64,000 nt of DNA from a virus. A model generated the notes under the pieces. It was not told where the DNA came from and ran no database searches. It saw nothing but the letters and a program-made list of their open reading frames with translations. The translations under genes were made by a program, and so were the position numbers. The stretch is from the IMG/VR virus record IMGVR_UViG_3300010367_000378, positions 21,636 to 85,635 of that record; one strand, given 5' to 3'. This document shows positions 16,913 through 26,056 of this stretch, one piece after another (positions within the stretch are counted from its first letter, which is position 1; each line of letters starts with the position of its first letter).

Positions 16913-18938
16913 CTTCAAGCTCTTCAAGGCGGCCATCGCCAGCCAGTTCGCGCAGATGCAGCAGCAGCCCCTGTTCCAGGTGGAGATCGATGGCGATGCC
17001 CTCTGGACGACGTATCTCGCGAGCTTCCCGCCTGGCACCAACCCCATCTTCCGGGAGCGCACGGAATACGACTGTAGCTGCTGCCGCCACTTCATCCGGA
17101 CCGCCGGCGCCGTCGTCTCGATAGTGGACGGCAAGCTCGTCTCGCTGTGGGACATCGAGGTCGAGGAGCCCGCCTACGCCGCCGTCGCGGCGGCCCTCTC
17201 GACCCTCGTGAAGAGCAAGCCGCTGGCGGGCCCGTTCGTCCACTACGAGGCGACGGCAGGGATCGACAAGAACGTCGAGCTGGTCGGCTCCGACAACCCC
17301 GAGCCCACCAGGACCTGGAACCACTTCTTCGTCAACATCGACCGGCGCCACGTGCGAGCCAAGGACGGGATCGCCGCCTGGCTCGGCGAGCAGCGCGCGC
17401 GGCACGACGTTCTCCTCCGGAGCCTGCGCGAGATCGGCGCGGCCGAGGTTGAGACTGTCCTCGACCTGATTGCCCAGGGTTCCCTCTACCGGGGCGAGGA
17501 ACACCGGGTGGCCATCACGCAGTTCCGCGACCTCAAGGCCCGCTTCGATGCCCTCGCTGGCAACGAGACCGCCGAGGACGTCTTCGCCTGGACGGCTGAT
17601 GTCTCGGGTGCCGTTTCCCGCTTCCGCAACACGGCGATCGGGTCACTGCTCGTAGACCTGAGCGAGGGCAAGGAGTTGGAGGCGGCCGTCGCTTCCTTCG
17701 AGGCAAAGGTCGCGCCCATGAACTACAAGCGCCCCACCGCGCTCGTCACCCCGGCCATGGTAGCCGCGGCCAAGGAGACCCTCGCGGGGCTCGGCCTGCT
17801 CTCAGCCCTCGACCGGCGTTTCGCGACCGCCCGCGATGTTGGCGTGGATGCCGTCCTCTTCGCCGATCGCTCGGCCCGGCCGGTTGCCAGCGACGTATTC
17901 GACGACGTGGCGCAGGAGGCCGGCGCACGCGCCGGGAAGAAGACCCTGGACAAGGTCGAGGAAGTCCCGGTGGACCGCTTCCTGGCCGAGATCGTCCCGC
18001 GGGCGGAGTCGATCGAGGTGTTGGTCGAGAACCGCCACCTGGGGAATTTCGTCAGCCTGATCGCTCCCTGCGATCCGACCGCCGGCCGGATCTTCAAGTG
18101 GGGCAACCTCTTCTCGTGGAGCTACGCCGGCGAACTGGCCGACGCGATCCGCGAGCGGGTCAAGCGGGCGGGCGGGAACGTGACCGGCGACCTCTGCTGC
18201 AGGTTGGCGTGGCGGAACACGGACGATCTCGACTTCCACATGCAGGAGCCCGGGCGGTACGAGATCTCCTTCCAGACCCGGGGCTCGACCTCGCCCTCCG
18301 GGGGCCGCCTCGACGTGGACATGAATGTGAGCGGAGAGACCCGCGAGCCGGTCGAGAACATCTGTTACGCCAGCCGGAGCCGCATGCGGGAGGGGGACTA
18401 CAGGCTCTTCGTCCACCAGTATCGCTACCGCGAGGCGGTCGACCCCGGCTTCGAGGTCGAGATTGACTACCTGGGCGAGGTGCGCCGCTACGCCTATCCC
18501 CAGGTCGTGAAGCACGGGCATGAGGTAGAGGTCGCTCGGTTCCGCTACACGCATGCCGGCGGCGTCGAGATCATCAGTTCGCTCCCCGAGAGCCAGGCTG
18601 GCCGCCTCGCCTGGGGGCTCCAGACCCAGAGCTTCCACCGGGTCCGCCTCCTCATGCACTCCCCCAACTTCTGGGAAGGCCAGGCGGTCGGCAACCGGCA
18701 CCTGTTCTTCATGCTCGAAGGCTGCCGCAACGACGGGAGCGCCCGCCCCTTCTTCAACGAATTCCTCCGCCCCGACTTGGAGCCCCACCGCAAGGTCTTT
18801 GAGGTCGTCGGCGCCCGCATGAAGCCGGCCGACTCGGACGAGCAGTTGAGCGGGCTCGGCTTCTCATCGACCCGCCGCGATTCGGTCACCTGCCGAGTCC
18901 GGGGGAGCTTCACCCGCACGATCAAGGTCACGTTCTAG
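16905..18938 (+). CDS. Large conserved phage protein with YfaP/DUF2135-like segment
   Basis: YDCSCCRHFI near the N-terminus; DDLDFH...GGRLDVDMN...PVENI. Confidence 0.7.
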   Translation: MPDFKLFKAAIASQFAQMQQQPLFQVEIDGDALWTTYLASFPPGTNPIFRERTEYDCSCCRHFIRTAGAVVSIVDGKLVSLWDIEVEEPAYAAVAAALSTLVKSKPLAGPFVHYEATAGIDKNVELVGSDNPEPTRTWNHFFVNIDRRHVRAKDGIAAWLGEQRARHDVLLRSLREIGAAEVETVLDLIAQGSLYRGEEHRVAITQFRDLKARFDALAGNETAEDVFAWTADVSGAVSRFRNTAIGSLLVDLSEGKELEAAVASFEAKVAPMNYKRPTALVTPAMVAAAKETLAGLGLLSALDRRFATARDVGVDAVLFADRSARPVASDVFDDVAQEAGARAGKKTLDKVEEVPVDRFLAEIVPRAESIEVLVENRHLGNFVSLIAPCDPTAGRIFKWGNLFSWSYAGELADAIRERVKRAGGNVTGDLCCRLAWRNTDDLDFHMQEPGRYEISFQTRGSTSPSGGRLDVDMNVSGETREPVENICYASRSRMREGDYRLFVHQYRYREAVDPGFEVEIDYLGEVRRYAYPQVVKHGHEVEVARFRYTHAGGVEIISSLPESQAGRLAWGLQTQSFHRVRLLMHSPNFWEGQAVGNRHLFFMLEGCRNDGSARPFFNEFLRPDLEPHRKVFEVVGARMKPADSDEQLSGLGFSSTRRDSVTCRVRGSFTRTIKVTF

Positions 18939-19000
18939 ACCAGCAGGGACCCGCCGGGATGACCTCGGCGGGAGAGCGATACCAGAGAGGAGCCTTACCC

Positions 19001-19444
19001 ATGTCCGAGCCCATCACCGCCCCCGCCGCGACCTTCACCACCGCCCCTGACTTCGAGCGGGCCAGCCGCCTCAAGCTGCGCTTCGACTCCCCTAAGGGCC
19101 AGCTCACCGTCGAGGATCTCTGGGATCTCCCCCTGACGTCCGCGACCAACCGCGCCAACCTCGACAGCATCGCCGTCGCGCTCCATCGCCAGACCCGGGA
19201 GGCGGCCGAGGTGGTCTCCTTTGTCGACAAGACCGCGCCGACCGGCAGCGACGAGCTGCTGCTCAAGTTCGAGATCGTCCGCCACGTGATCCGCGTCCGG
19301 GTCGCCGAGCGTGACGCTGCTCGGGACCTCGCCGATCGGGCGGAGAAGAAGAAGCGCATCCTCGCCCTCATCGAGCAGAAGAAGGACGAGGCGCTCGCCG
19401 GCAAGTCGGTCGAGGAGCTGCTCGCCCTGGCGGAGTCGCTGTAA
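19001..19444 (+). CDS. Conserved phage coiled-coil protein
   Basis: FERASRLKLRFDSPKGQLTVEDLWDLPL...LKFEIVRHVI; RBS GAGAGGAG. Confidence 0.75.
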   Translation: MSEPITAPAATFTTAPDFERASRLKLRFDSPKGQLTVEDLWDLPLTSATNRANLDSIAVALHRQTREAAEVVSFVDKTAPTGSDELLLKFEIVRHVIRVRVAERDAARDLADRAEKKKRILALIEQKKDEALAGKSVEELLALAESL

Positions 19445-20311
19445 GTGAGCCAGGTGCTGTGCCAGGCGTGCGGCGAGCGGCCGGTGATCCCGCCCGTGCT
19501 CTCCTGCTGGTTCTGTCGGCAGAAGCCGGCTGATCGCCGTCGCCGGTACGGCGCCTGGCACCGCACCCAGATCATCGAGACCTACAAGGCAACCTCCTCG
19601 ACGGCGAAGGCCGCGGCAGCGGCGGGGACGAGCGCTTCCTACGCCTGGCACATCCTCGACGACGAGGGGTTGATCACCAACCGCACCCCGGAGTATCCGG
19701 CCGAGGTGGTCGAGGAGGCGCTGCGGCTCTACATCGACGAGCGGCTTTCCTGCCGCGGCGTCGAGGCTCGCCTCCGGGAGAAACACTCGCCGGCGCCGAG
19801 CCAGGAATCGATTCACCAGTGGGTGAAAGCCCACGGGTTGCTCCGGACGAAGAGTCAGGCCGACGTCATCCAGAACAGCCGCCGGAACGGTCGAGACTAC
19901 GAGGGCGAGGTGGGACCCCGCGCCCAGGAGCTCGCCACGCGCAAGCTGAGCGTCCGGAGGATTGCCCGCGAGCTCGGGGTGAGCCGCCAGGCCGTGAAGC
20001 GCCACCTCAGCGAGGAAGACCGCCCGGGCCCGGCCATGGCCACGATCCGCCAGGCCTGGGAGGCTGACACCCCCGAGGCACGCGCCCGCCGGGCCCGGCG
20101 CGACCAGGTGGTGGTCATGCGCCATGACGGCGCCACCTATCCTGAGATCGAAGAGGAGAGCGGGCTGTCCACCGCCACCGTCTACCTGTACCTCAAGGGC
20201 GCGGGGTTGGTGGCCGACGAGGACCTGCCAGAGGACGTCCGCGCGGTCGTGCGCCAGCTCGCCGGCCTGCGCAAGGTGATCCGCCGACACTCCAAGGAGG
20301 CACGGGGCTGA
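19445..20311 (+). CDS. Multi-HTH DNA-binding protein with N-terminal Cys4 finger
   Basis: CQAC..CWFC; up to four HTH-like units including LSVRRIARELGVSRQAVKRHL and ATYPEIEEESGLSTATVYLYL. Confidence 0.75.
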   Translation: MSQVLCQACGERPVIPPVLSCWFCRQKPADRRRRYGAWHRTQIIETYKATSSTAKAAAAAGTSASYAWHILDDEGLITNRTPEYPAEVVEEALRLYIDERLSCRGVEARLREKHSPAPSQESIHQWVKAHGLLRTKSQADVIQNSRRNGRDYEGEVGPRAQELATRKLSVRRIARELGVSRQAVKRHLSEEDRPGPAMATIRQAWEADTPEARARRARRDQVVVMRHDGATYPEIEEESGLSTATVYLYLKGAGLVADEDLPEDVRAVVRQLAGLRKVIRRHSKEARG

Positions 20312-21186
20312 TGAAGACCCCCCTCTGCAGCGCCTGCGGCAAGAACCCGGTCATCTGGCCGATCCTGGTCTGCTGGTGGTGCCGGCAGGCCGGAGTGCCG
20401 GTGCCGAAGGCGCCCAGGCGCCGGGGGAAGAAGCGGCCCTACGCATCGCGGAAGCGCTGGACGCCGGCGGACGACGAGCTGCTCCGGCGCACCTATGCCG
20501 ACACCTCCTCGACCGAGCTCCTGAAGCTCTTCCCGGGGCGGCCGATCGGCTCCATCTACCAGCACGCCGCCAGTCTGGGGCTGAAGAAGAGCCGGGCCTA
20601 CCTGACCGACCAGCGCCGGGAGGAGGTTCGACGCCTGCGCGAGCACGGACAGGCCTATCGATTTCCCAAGGGGCACGTCCCCGCCAACAAGGGGAAGAAG
20701 GGCCGGCCCTCGACCGGCCGCATGGCCGAGACGCAGTTCAAGAAGGGGAACAAGCCACACACCTGGCTGCCCGTGGGGACCACCCGCTTCGACAAGGACG
20801 GCTACCTGCAGCGCAAGGTGAGCGACACCGGCTATCCGCCCCGGGACTGGCGCAATGTCCACGTCCTGCTCTGGGAGGAGGCGCACGGGCCCGTCCCGCC
20901 GAAGCACCGGGTGGTCTTCCGCAACGGCGACAAGACGGACATTCGCCTGGAGAACCTGGAGCTCATCTCCTTCGCCGAGGCGATGCGCCGCAACACCATC
21001 CACCGAGCCGAGATGCCCGAGGAGATCCGCAGCGTGCTGCGGCAGATCGGAGGCCTTCGGCGCCGAATCACGATGAAGGAGAGGAAACATGGCAAAGAAC
21101 GAGACGGGGAAGACGATCGAGGACCTGAGGGGCCTGCTGTTCAAGACGGCCGAGCGGCTGGACGCGGCGACGCCGGAGCAGCTTGA
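20311..21186 (+). CDS. HNH endonuclease with N-terminal Cys4 finger
   Basis: FKKGNKPHTWLPVG..DKDGY..KV..WRNVHVLLWEEAHGPVP..VVFRNGDKTDIRLENLELI. Confidence 0.85.
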   Translation: MKTPLCSACGKNPVIWPILVCWWCRQAGVPVPKAPRRRGKKRPYASRKRWTPADDELLRRTYADTSSTELLKLFPGRPIGSIYQHAASLGLKKSRAYLTDQRREEVRRLREHGQAYRFPKGHVPANKGKKGRPSTGRMAETQFKKGNKPHTWLPVGTTRFDKDGYLQRKVSDTGYPPRDWRNVHVLLWEEAHGPVPPKHRVVFRNGDKTDIRLENLELISFAEAMRRNTIHRAEMPEEIRSVLRQIGGLRRRITMKERKHGKERDGEDDRGPEGPAVQDGRAAGRGDAGAA

Positions 21187-21424
21187 CGTCGAGCTGCTGC
21201 GGGCTCGGGGCATCGGCGACATCGCCAAGGTCCTCGTGGACACGGCGCGGGTCGAGGTGGCCCGGGAGAAGGCGACGGGGCAGCACAGCGGGAGCGGATT
21301 CTTGCCTTCGCGGGGCGAGCTCCCGCCGGTAGAAGGAGAGAAGACGAAACCCCGGTTGGTGGGAAATTCCGGGGGGGGGGGTAAATTCGCGTCTATCGGT
21401 AACGAACAGGAGACGTTGAAATGA
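21089..21424 (+). CDS. Small protein accompanying the HNH gene
   Basis: RBS GGAGAGGA; DLRGLLFKTAERL...IAKVLVDTARVEV; overlaps the HNH 3' end. Confidence 0.65.
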   Translation: MAKNETGKTIEDLRGLLFKTAERLDAATPEQLDVELLRARGIGDIAKVLVDTARVEVAREKATGQHSGSGFLPSRGELPPVEGEKTKPRLVGNSGGGGKFASIGNEQETLK

Positions 21425-22103
21425 ACGAAGAAGACGAGGGAGAGATCGGCTACGTCGAGGGGAAGCGCCGAGCGTTGTTGGGGGTACTCCGTCACGTCCT
21501 CGGCGAGTTGGGAGTAAAGGACCCCGAGGCGGGCAAGGTGCGGTGGGTGATCGAGCGCCAGGAGACGGTCGCCCAACTTCGCGCGGTCTGCGCCGATCAC
21601 GGCGACAACGACTGGGACGAGGACCTCCACCTCGGCGATGTCATCGAGAAGCACCTCGCTGACCCCCTCCGCGAGGCGGTGGAAGCGGACGAGATTCCCG
21701 ACCTGGTAGCAAACAGCCGTGTAAGGCTGGCCGGGTTCGTCTACCGGCTCACCTGGGGGAATCCCGACCGTGCCGACGAGAGGACTCGCTGGGTTCTCGT
21801 CCCGGATGGACCCGAGTCGCCGGCGGACTTCTTCGCCGCGGCCGAGGAACTGGCGGCTGCAGGTAGGACGGTGATGGCCCGGGCCTGGGTCGAGAAGCAG
21901 AAGGGACCGCTCCTGGACGCGTTGATGGAGTGCCTCGCCAGGGTCGACTGCCGCGCCGCAGCCGAGGATGTCGAAGCTCAGCGGAACGCGAGGCAAGTCC
22001 TCTCCGACCTGGGGATTGAGGTCCCGAGCTTGACCTACCCCGACAACGTTCTCGGCGGCGCCGGAAGAGCGAGGTCGCCTTCGCCGAGGAGCCCTCCGAA
22101 TGA
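21421..22103 (+). CDS. Hypothetical protein (apparent 1-nt deletion near 22063)
   Basis: Adding one G gives ...GKSEVAFAEEPSE* whose TGA overlaps the next ATG at 22100. Confidence 0.55.
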
Positions 22104-22581
22104 GCGACCAGCGGACCGCCTACCCCGACGCCCCCCTGACCCTCCCGGCCGAGGACGTCGCCGCGCTGCTCCGGAGGGTCCTCGCTGGCGAGCTCATATT
22201 CGCCTCCTCCTCGACGACGTCGACTTCCAGACGGCCTACTGCAACTCGGTCCTCTTCGCCGTCGACGTCCGCGAGGGCCGCTGGCTCCTCTCGGTCTTCA
22301 ACGACTGCGCCGAGGTCGACTACGTCGAGGTCGCGGTCGCTCCCGACGGGCGGTCCGGCGAGTTCGACCTCTGGGCGGACTCGCTCCCCGAGGTAGGGAT
22401 CGCAGCCGGCCCGCTCGACCTCCTGACCGAGGAGGAGCAGGGCCGGCTCGAAGAAGTCGTCTTCGCCCTCGCCCCGGCCGGGCGGCCGAAGTGCCCGAAG
22501 TGCGGCTCCTTCGCCCATCTTGAGCGGGCCGGGCTCTGGTTCGCGTGCGAGAAGCGGCACGCCGCGGAGGAGGAGCCTTGA
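22100..22581 (+). CDS. Hypothetical protein (apparent 1-nt deletion near 22196)
   Basis: MSDQRTAYPDAPLTL..LAGEL joins IRLLLDDVDFQTAYCN.. with one added base; ends in a CPKC ribbon. Confidence 0.55.
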
Positions 22582-22796
22582 GCGTCCAGCCGCAGTGCCG
22601 CGAGTTCTTCCTCGTCGGCGCCGACGTCTTCGTCCGACCGACCGGCTCCCGAGCTCGGCCCTGGTGAGGTGGTCGTCCATAGCATCGGCAGCCGGTTCCC
22701 GCTGATCGTCGAGGGTCGGATCGAGGTCGAGTATGAGGCCCCCGGGCCGCGCCCAGGACGAGGACCCCGCGACTACTTCCCGGACAGGAGGAGATC

Positions 22797-22973
22797 GTGA
22801 GGTGGATCGGTCCGAGGGAGGAGGACCTCGACGCCAGCGGCGTCCGCCTCCTCCGCCCAGTTCCTCCCGAGCGCTGGCCCTACGGTCCGCCCGAGGACCA
22901 CCAGGACTGCTGCGGCCTCCGCGAGGGGGGCCTCTTCTGCGACTGCACGGCGAGCTCCGAGGAGGAGGGTTGA
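22797..22973 (+). CDS. Small Cys-rich hypothetical protein
   Basis: GTG start; HQDCC..FCDC; stop overlaps the next TTG. Confidence 0.45.
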   Translation: MRWIGPREEDLDASGVRLLRPVPPERWPYGPPEDHQDCCGLREGGLFCDCTASSEEEG

Positions 22974-23809
22974 CTCGTCGCTCCCCGGAACGCCCGACGT
23001 TCGCCTCGGAGCGCGCTCTCTGCGAGGCGTTCCTCGCCGGGGCTGCCGTCCCCGACGGCTGGACCGCCTATCCCGAGACCGACGGCTGGGACATCCTCCT
23101 GATCCGCGACCAGGTGCAGGTGGGCGTGCAGGCGAAGCTCCGGCCCTCGCTCGAGGTGCTGGCGCAGGCAGCTCGGCCGCTCCGACGCTGGCGTGATGCT
23201 CGTGGCCCCCATTACATCGCCGTCTTGGTTCCCTGGACCGAGGGCAATTTCTCTGACCTGGCCGAGATCCTGGGGCTCGTCGTGTTGCGGCCCTGGTTGC
23301 GGCAGCACCGAGGGCGGGATGGCGAGCAGGTCTTGACCTGGCACCCTGTCTCGCAGGCGATCGCAGGACTTCCGCCGCTTCACTTCGAGGCGCCAGCGTG
23401 GGTGCCGCCGGTGGTGCCCGATGTCCCCGCCGGCGTCCCGTCACCGGTCCAGCTCACCGAGTGGAAGATCCGTGCTCTGCGCTTCATGGCCCGCCTGGAA
23501 GTCCGAGGCTACGTCACGGTCCACGATCTGCGCGACTTCGGGATGACCTCCTCGCTCTGGTATCACCGCTGGCTCGTTCCGCAGGAGGGGCCTTCCCAGA
23601 ACCCGCCGCGGTGGGTGCGCAAGCCTGGGGTCGCGCTGGTAGATGCTCAGCACCCCGAGATCTTCGCGCAGTTCGTCCAGGCGACGAGGGAGGAGGGCAT
23701 CCCTGTATCAGAGCGGGAGCGCGTGGCGGCCGAGCGCCGGGAACGAAGCGATCAGCGCCTCCAATTGCTGCTCGATGGCCTGGCCTGGGCCGATGGCTCA
23801 GGAACCTAG
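22970..23809 (+). CDS. PD-(D/E)XK-like phage protein
   Basis: TTG start after GGAGGAGG; ERALCEAF...YPETDGWDILL...VGVQAKL. Confidence 0.6.
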   Translation: MTRRSPERPTFASERALCEAFLAGAAVPDGWTAYPETDGWDILLIRDQVQVGVQAKLRPSLEVLAQAARPLRRWRDARGPHYIAVLVPWTEGNFSDLAEILGLVVLRPWLRQHRGRDGEQVLTWHPVSQAIAGLPPLHFEAPAWVPPVVPDVPAGVPSPVQLTEWKIRALRFMARLEVRGYVTVHDLRDFGMTSSLWYHRWLVPQEGPSQNPPRWVRKPGVALVDAQHPEIFAQFVQATREEGIPVSERERVAAERRERSDQRLQLLLDGLAWADGSGT

Positions 23810-24450
23810 CCTGCCGTCCAGAGCGGCAGCAGGTAGGGCTTGCCGGCCTCGAACCGGGCCCGGACCTCCGCGAGCGACAGGCCGGTCGCCGCCTGGTGAT
23901 GCGGGAGGTCCTGCTTCTTCCCGGGCCAGAGGCCGCCCCATTCCAGCCCCGGGATCGTGCCCGAGATCTTGCCGGCGAGCCGGTAGGGGGGAAGATCCCC
24001 CGGCTGGTCGCCGTTGAGGTATCGGCCGCCGGCAAAGATGCCGAGGTCGACGGCGAGGCCGAAGTTGTGGTTCGACTGTCCCCCGCGGGCGTAGGTCACG
24101 ATGTCCCTGGGATCGCCGTTGCGACCCTGGCGGAACAGCTCGTCCTGTTCGGCGTAGTTCCGGGTGCCGCTGATGACCCGGGCATCGAGCCCCTCGACGT
24201 GGAGCTTGGCGAGTAGGTGTCGCATCAGCACCTGGGCGCCCGGCAGGAGGGTGCGCAGCAGTCCCTCGGTGCGCCCGTCGAGCTCGTTACCGGCGGCGGT
24301 CCGGATCGAGGCGAAGGCCTCGTCCCATGCCGCCTGGGCGCGGTCGGTCTTGGAGCCCCAGTCGCCGTCGAGCTTCCCGGTGTAGAACCCGGCGGCCGAG
24401 GCGAGGCGTTGGAAGTAGAGGACGTCGCCGGCGAAGAGGGGGGAGCTCAT
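23806..24450 (-). CDS. Endolysin: M15C-type (L-Ala-D-Glu) peptidase with N-terminal peptidoglycan-binding segment
   Basis: GFYTGKLDGDWGSKT; SGTRNYAEQDELF..GGQSNHNFGLAVD..WGG.W...DLPHHQ. Confidence 0.92.
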   Translation of the reverse strand: MSSPLFAGDVLYFQRLASAAGFYTGKLDGDWGSKTDRAQAAWDEAFASIRTAAGNELDGRTEGLLRTLLPGAQVLMRHLLAKLHVEGLDARVISGTRNYAEQDELFRQGRNGDPRDIVTYARGGQSNHNFGLAVDLGIFAGGRYLNGDQPGDLPPYRLAGKISGTIPGLEWGGLWPGKKQDLPHHQAATGLSLAEVRARFEAGKPYLLPLWTAG

Positions 24451-24905
24451 CGAGTGGCCTCCTTGGCGGTCAAGGGCTCCTCGCCGTGATCCACGTAGGA
24501 GATGGCGTGGGCATCGAGGAGAGCGGACATGCGGGTGAGGCGCCGGGTGAGCGCCGCGATCGTGATGTCGCGCTGCGCGACTTCGACCTGGTGCTCAGCG
24601 ACCGCCGCCCTCATCTCGGCCTGGTGGCGAGCCTGCCGCTCGCGGGCGAGCTCGTCGAAGGCCGCCTTCTCCCGGGCGTAAGCCTCGCGTCGCAGCTCGG
24701 CCGCTTCGTCGAACACCCGAACTTCCAAGGCCATCCCCTCCTGACGCTTTTCCCGGCGAGCCCGGAGCCATGCTGAAACCCATTTGACGAGCGCCCCGGA
24801 GCCAACGAGGCCGAGAAGGATCTGGGCGGCCTTGTCCGCCAGCCCCTCCATCTGGGCTGGAACGAACTGGACACGGTGGCCCGGAAGAGTCACAACTGCA
24901 CGCAT
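24447..24905 (-). CDS. Putative holin-like membrane protein (start may be 24851)
   Basis: One hydrophobic segment (AAQILLGLVGSGALVKWVSAW) plus coiled coil, directly upstream of the endolysin. Confidence 0.55.
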   Translation of the reverse strand: MRAVVTLPGHRVQFVPAQMEGLADKAAQILLGLVGSGALVKWVSAWLRARREKRQEGMALEVRVFDEAAELRREAYAREKAAFDELARERQARHQAEMRAAVAEHQVEVAQRDITIAALTRRLTRMSALLDAHAISYVDHGEEPLTAKEATR

Positions 24906-25014
24906 AGGCCAGATGCCCCCCGAGGGAGAAAGAGTCAGAAATTCTGAAGAAGAGGGTCCCCGATAGCGGGGGGGGGATCAACCGCGAAACGGCCAGGGAG
25001 GCCCTTCCGTGACG

Positions 25015-25473
25015 CTATTGAGGATCTTCTGGTTGCTTGCCGCCGAAGGAGAGGGTGGCGCCGAGAGCTGGATAGGGGTGCCGATCGATCCCGGAAGAGT
25101 CGTGCGAGGACACGAGGCCCAGGGCCACCGCGATCACGTGCGGGAACTGCGGGGTCGGCGAGTAGGCCCGCCAGGCGACCCCGACGCCGACCGTCTTGGA
25201 CCCGAGGACCGCGACCCAGGAGAGCCGCTTCCAGGAGAACAGGGAAACCCCGATCCCGACATCGCACCCCGGCCGTGAGGAGTCGGCGCGATGCGAGCCC
25301 ACCGTGCACCAGGTCGAGGCGATGAGCGGGGAAGATTCCGAGGGTGAGGGGGACGCCGCGGCGGGCTGGGGCTGCGGGGGCGGCTCGCCAGCCGCCGGCG
25401 AAGCGAGGGCCAGGAGGAGCGCACCGAGGGCGAGGCCGGCGAGGTTCCGGAGCTTCGAACGCTGGGGGTTCAT
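25015..25473 (-). CDS. Secreted beta-strand-rich protein
   Basis: Signal peptide ending PAAG, Pro/Ser linker, alternating amphipathic strands, 2 Cys. Confidence 0.7.
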   Translation of the reverse strand: MNPQRSKLRNLAGLALGALLLALASPAAGEPPPQPQPAAASPSPSESSPLIASTWCTVGSHRADSSRPGCDVGIGVSLFSWKRLSWVAVLGSKTVGVGVAWRAYSPTPQFPHVIAVALGLVSSHDSSGIDRHPYPALGATLSFGGKQPEDPQ

Positions 25474-25589
25474 GGCCCCCTATCCTACTCCTGGTCGATC
25501 CTGGGGCCGACGGAAGAGAAGATGGTGGGCCCCCGGGAGAGCCGACTGCACGCCTCCCGGGGGGGATGGGTCGCGGAGAGAGAGCGGAG

Positions 25590-26021
25590 TTACTGCGCGG
25601 GCGGAGCGAAGTATCCCTCGACGACGAGGGTCAGATCGATCGCGGTCGTGGAGCGGGCGGAGAGGTCGCGGAAGCACTCTCCGGCCGGCGCGCAGAGGCG
25701 GACGTCGGCGAAGCTGCTCGCCGTCCCCCCGCCGAAGGTCACGGCGCTGGCCGAGGACTGGGTGCCGTCGTACTCCCAGAGCTTCAGGGAACCGGCGCTG
25801 GTCGATGAGACGTGGACGGCCACGAGGACGGCGGTGGCCTCCTGCGGGATGTTGCAGGCGCCCCGGACCACCAGGTCCTGGTTGGAGTCGGCCGCCAGGC
25901 TGCCGCTGAAGAGCTGGCACGGCGCCAGCGCGGTGTGCAGCGAGGGGGCGGCGTTTGACTGCGCACCCGCGATGGAGGCGAGGGACAGAAGGCAGAGGGC
26001 CAGCAGGATGGTTTTCTTCAC
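25590..26021 (-). CDS. Secreted protein with an Acidobacteria-type PC..GAC.IP..A..V..V...GYF beta domain
   Basis: GTG 26021 with RBS AAAGGAG; MKKTILLALCLLSLASIAGA signal; LAPCQL..VRGACNIPQEATAVLVAV..LTLVVEGYF. Confidence 0.8.
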   Translation of the reverse strand: MKKTILLALCLLSLASIAGAQSNAAPSLHTALAPCQLFSGSLAADSNQDLVVRGACNIPQEATAVLVAVHVSSTSAGSLKLWEYDGTQSSASAVTFGGGTASSFADVRLCAPAGECFRDLSARSTTAIDLTLVVEGYFAPPAQ

Positions 26022-26056
26022 GGTCGGATTTCTCCTTTCTGGAACAGGCATGGATC

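Noticed and set aside
19445-20311. IS-like transposase
   Set aside because: One HTH resembles IS N-termini, but there is no DDE domain or terminal inverted repeat
21371-21381. Poly-G tracts (also about 24968, 58881 and the C13 at 63794) as phase-variation switches
   Set aside because: Cannot be distinguished from homopolymer errors without reads; two of them leave the frame intact
22578-22800. Possible further frameshifted gene (MSVQPQCREFF.. / ..PELGPGEVVVHSIGSRFPL..)
   Set aside because: Frame junction ambiguous; not annotated
24935-24947. Palindrome TCAGAA-A-TTCTGA upstream of the lysis genes
   Set aside because: Single short occurrence with no clear promoter; may be chance
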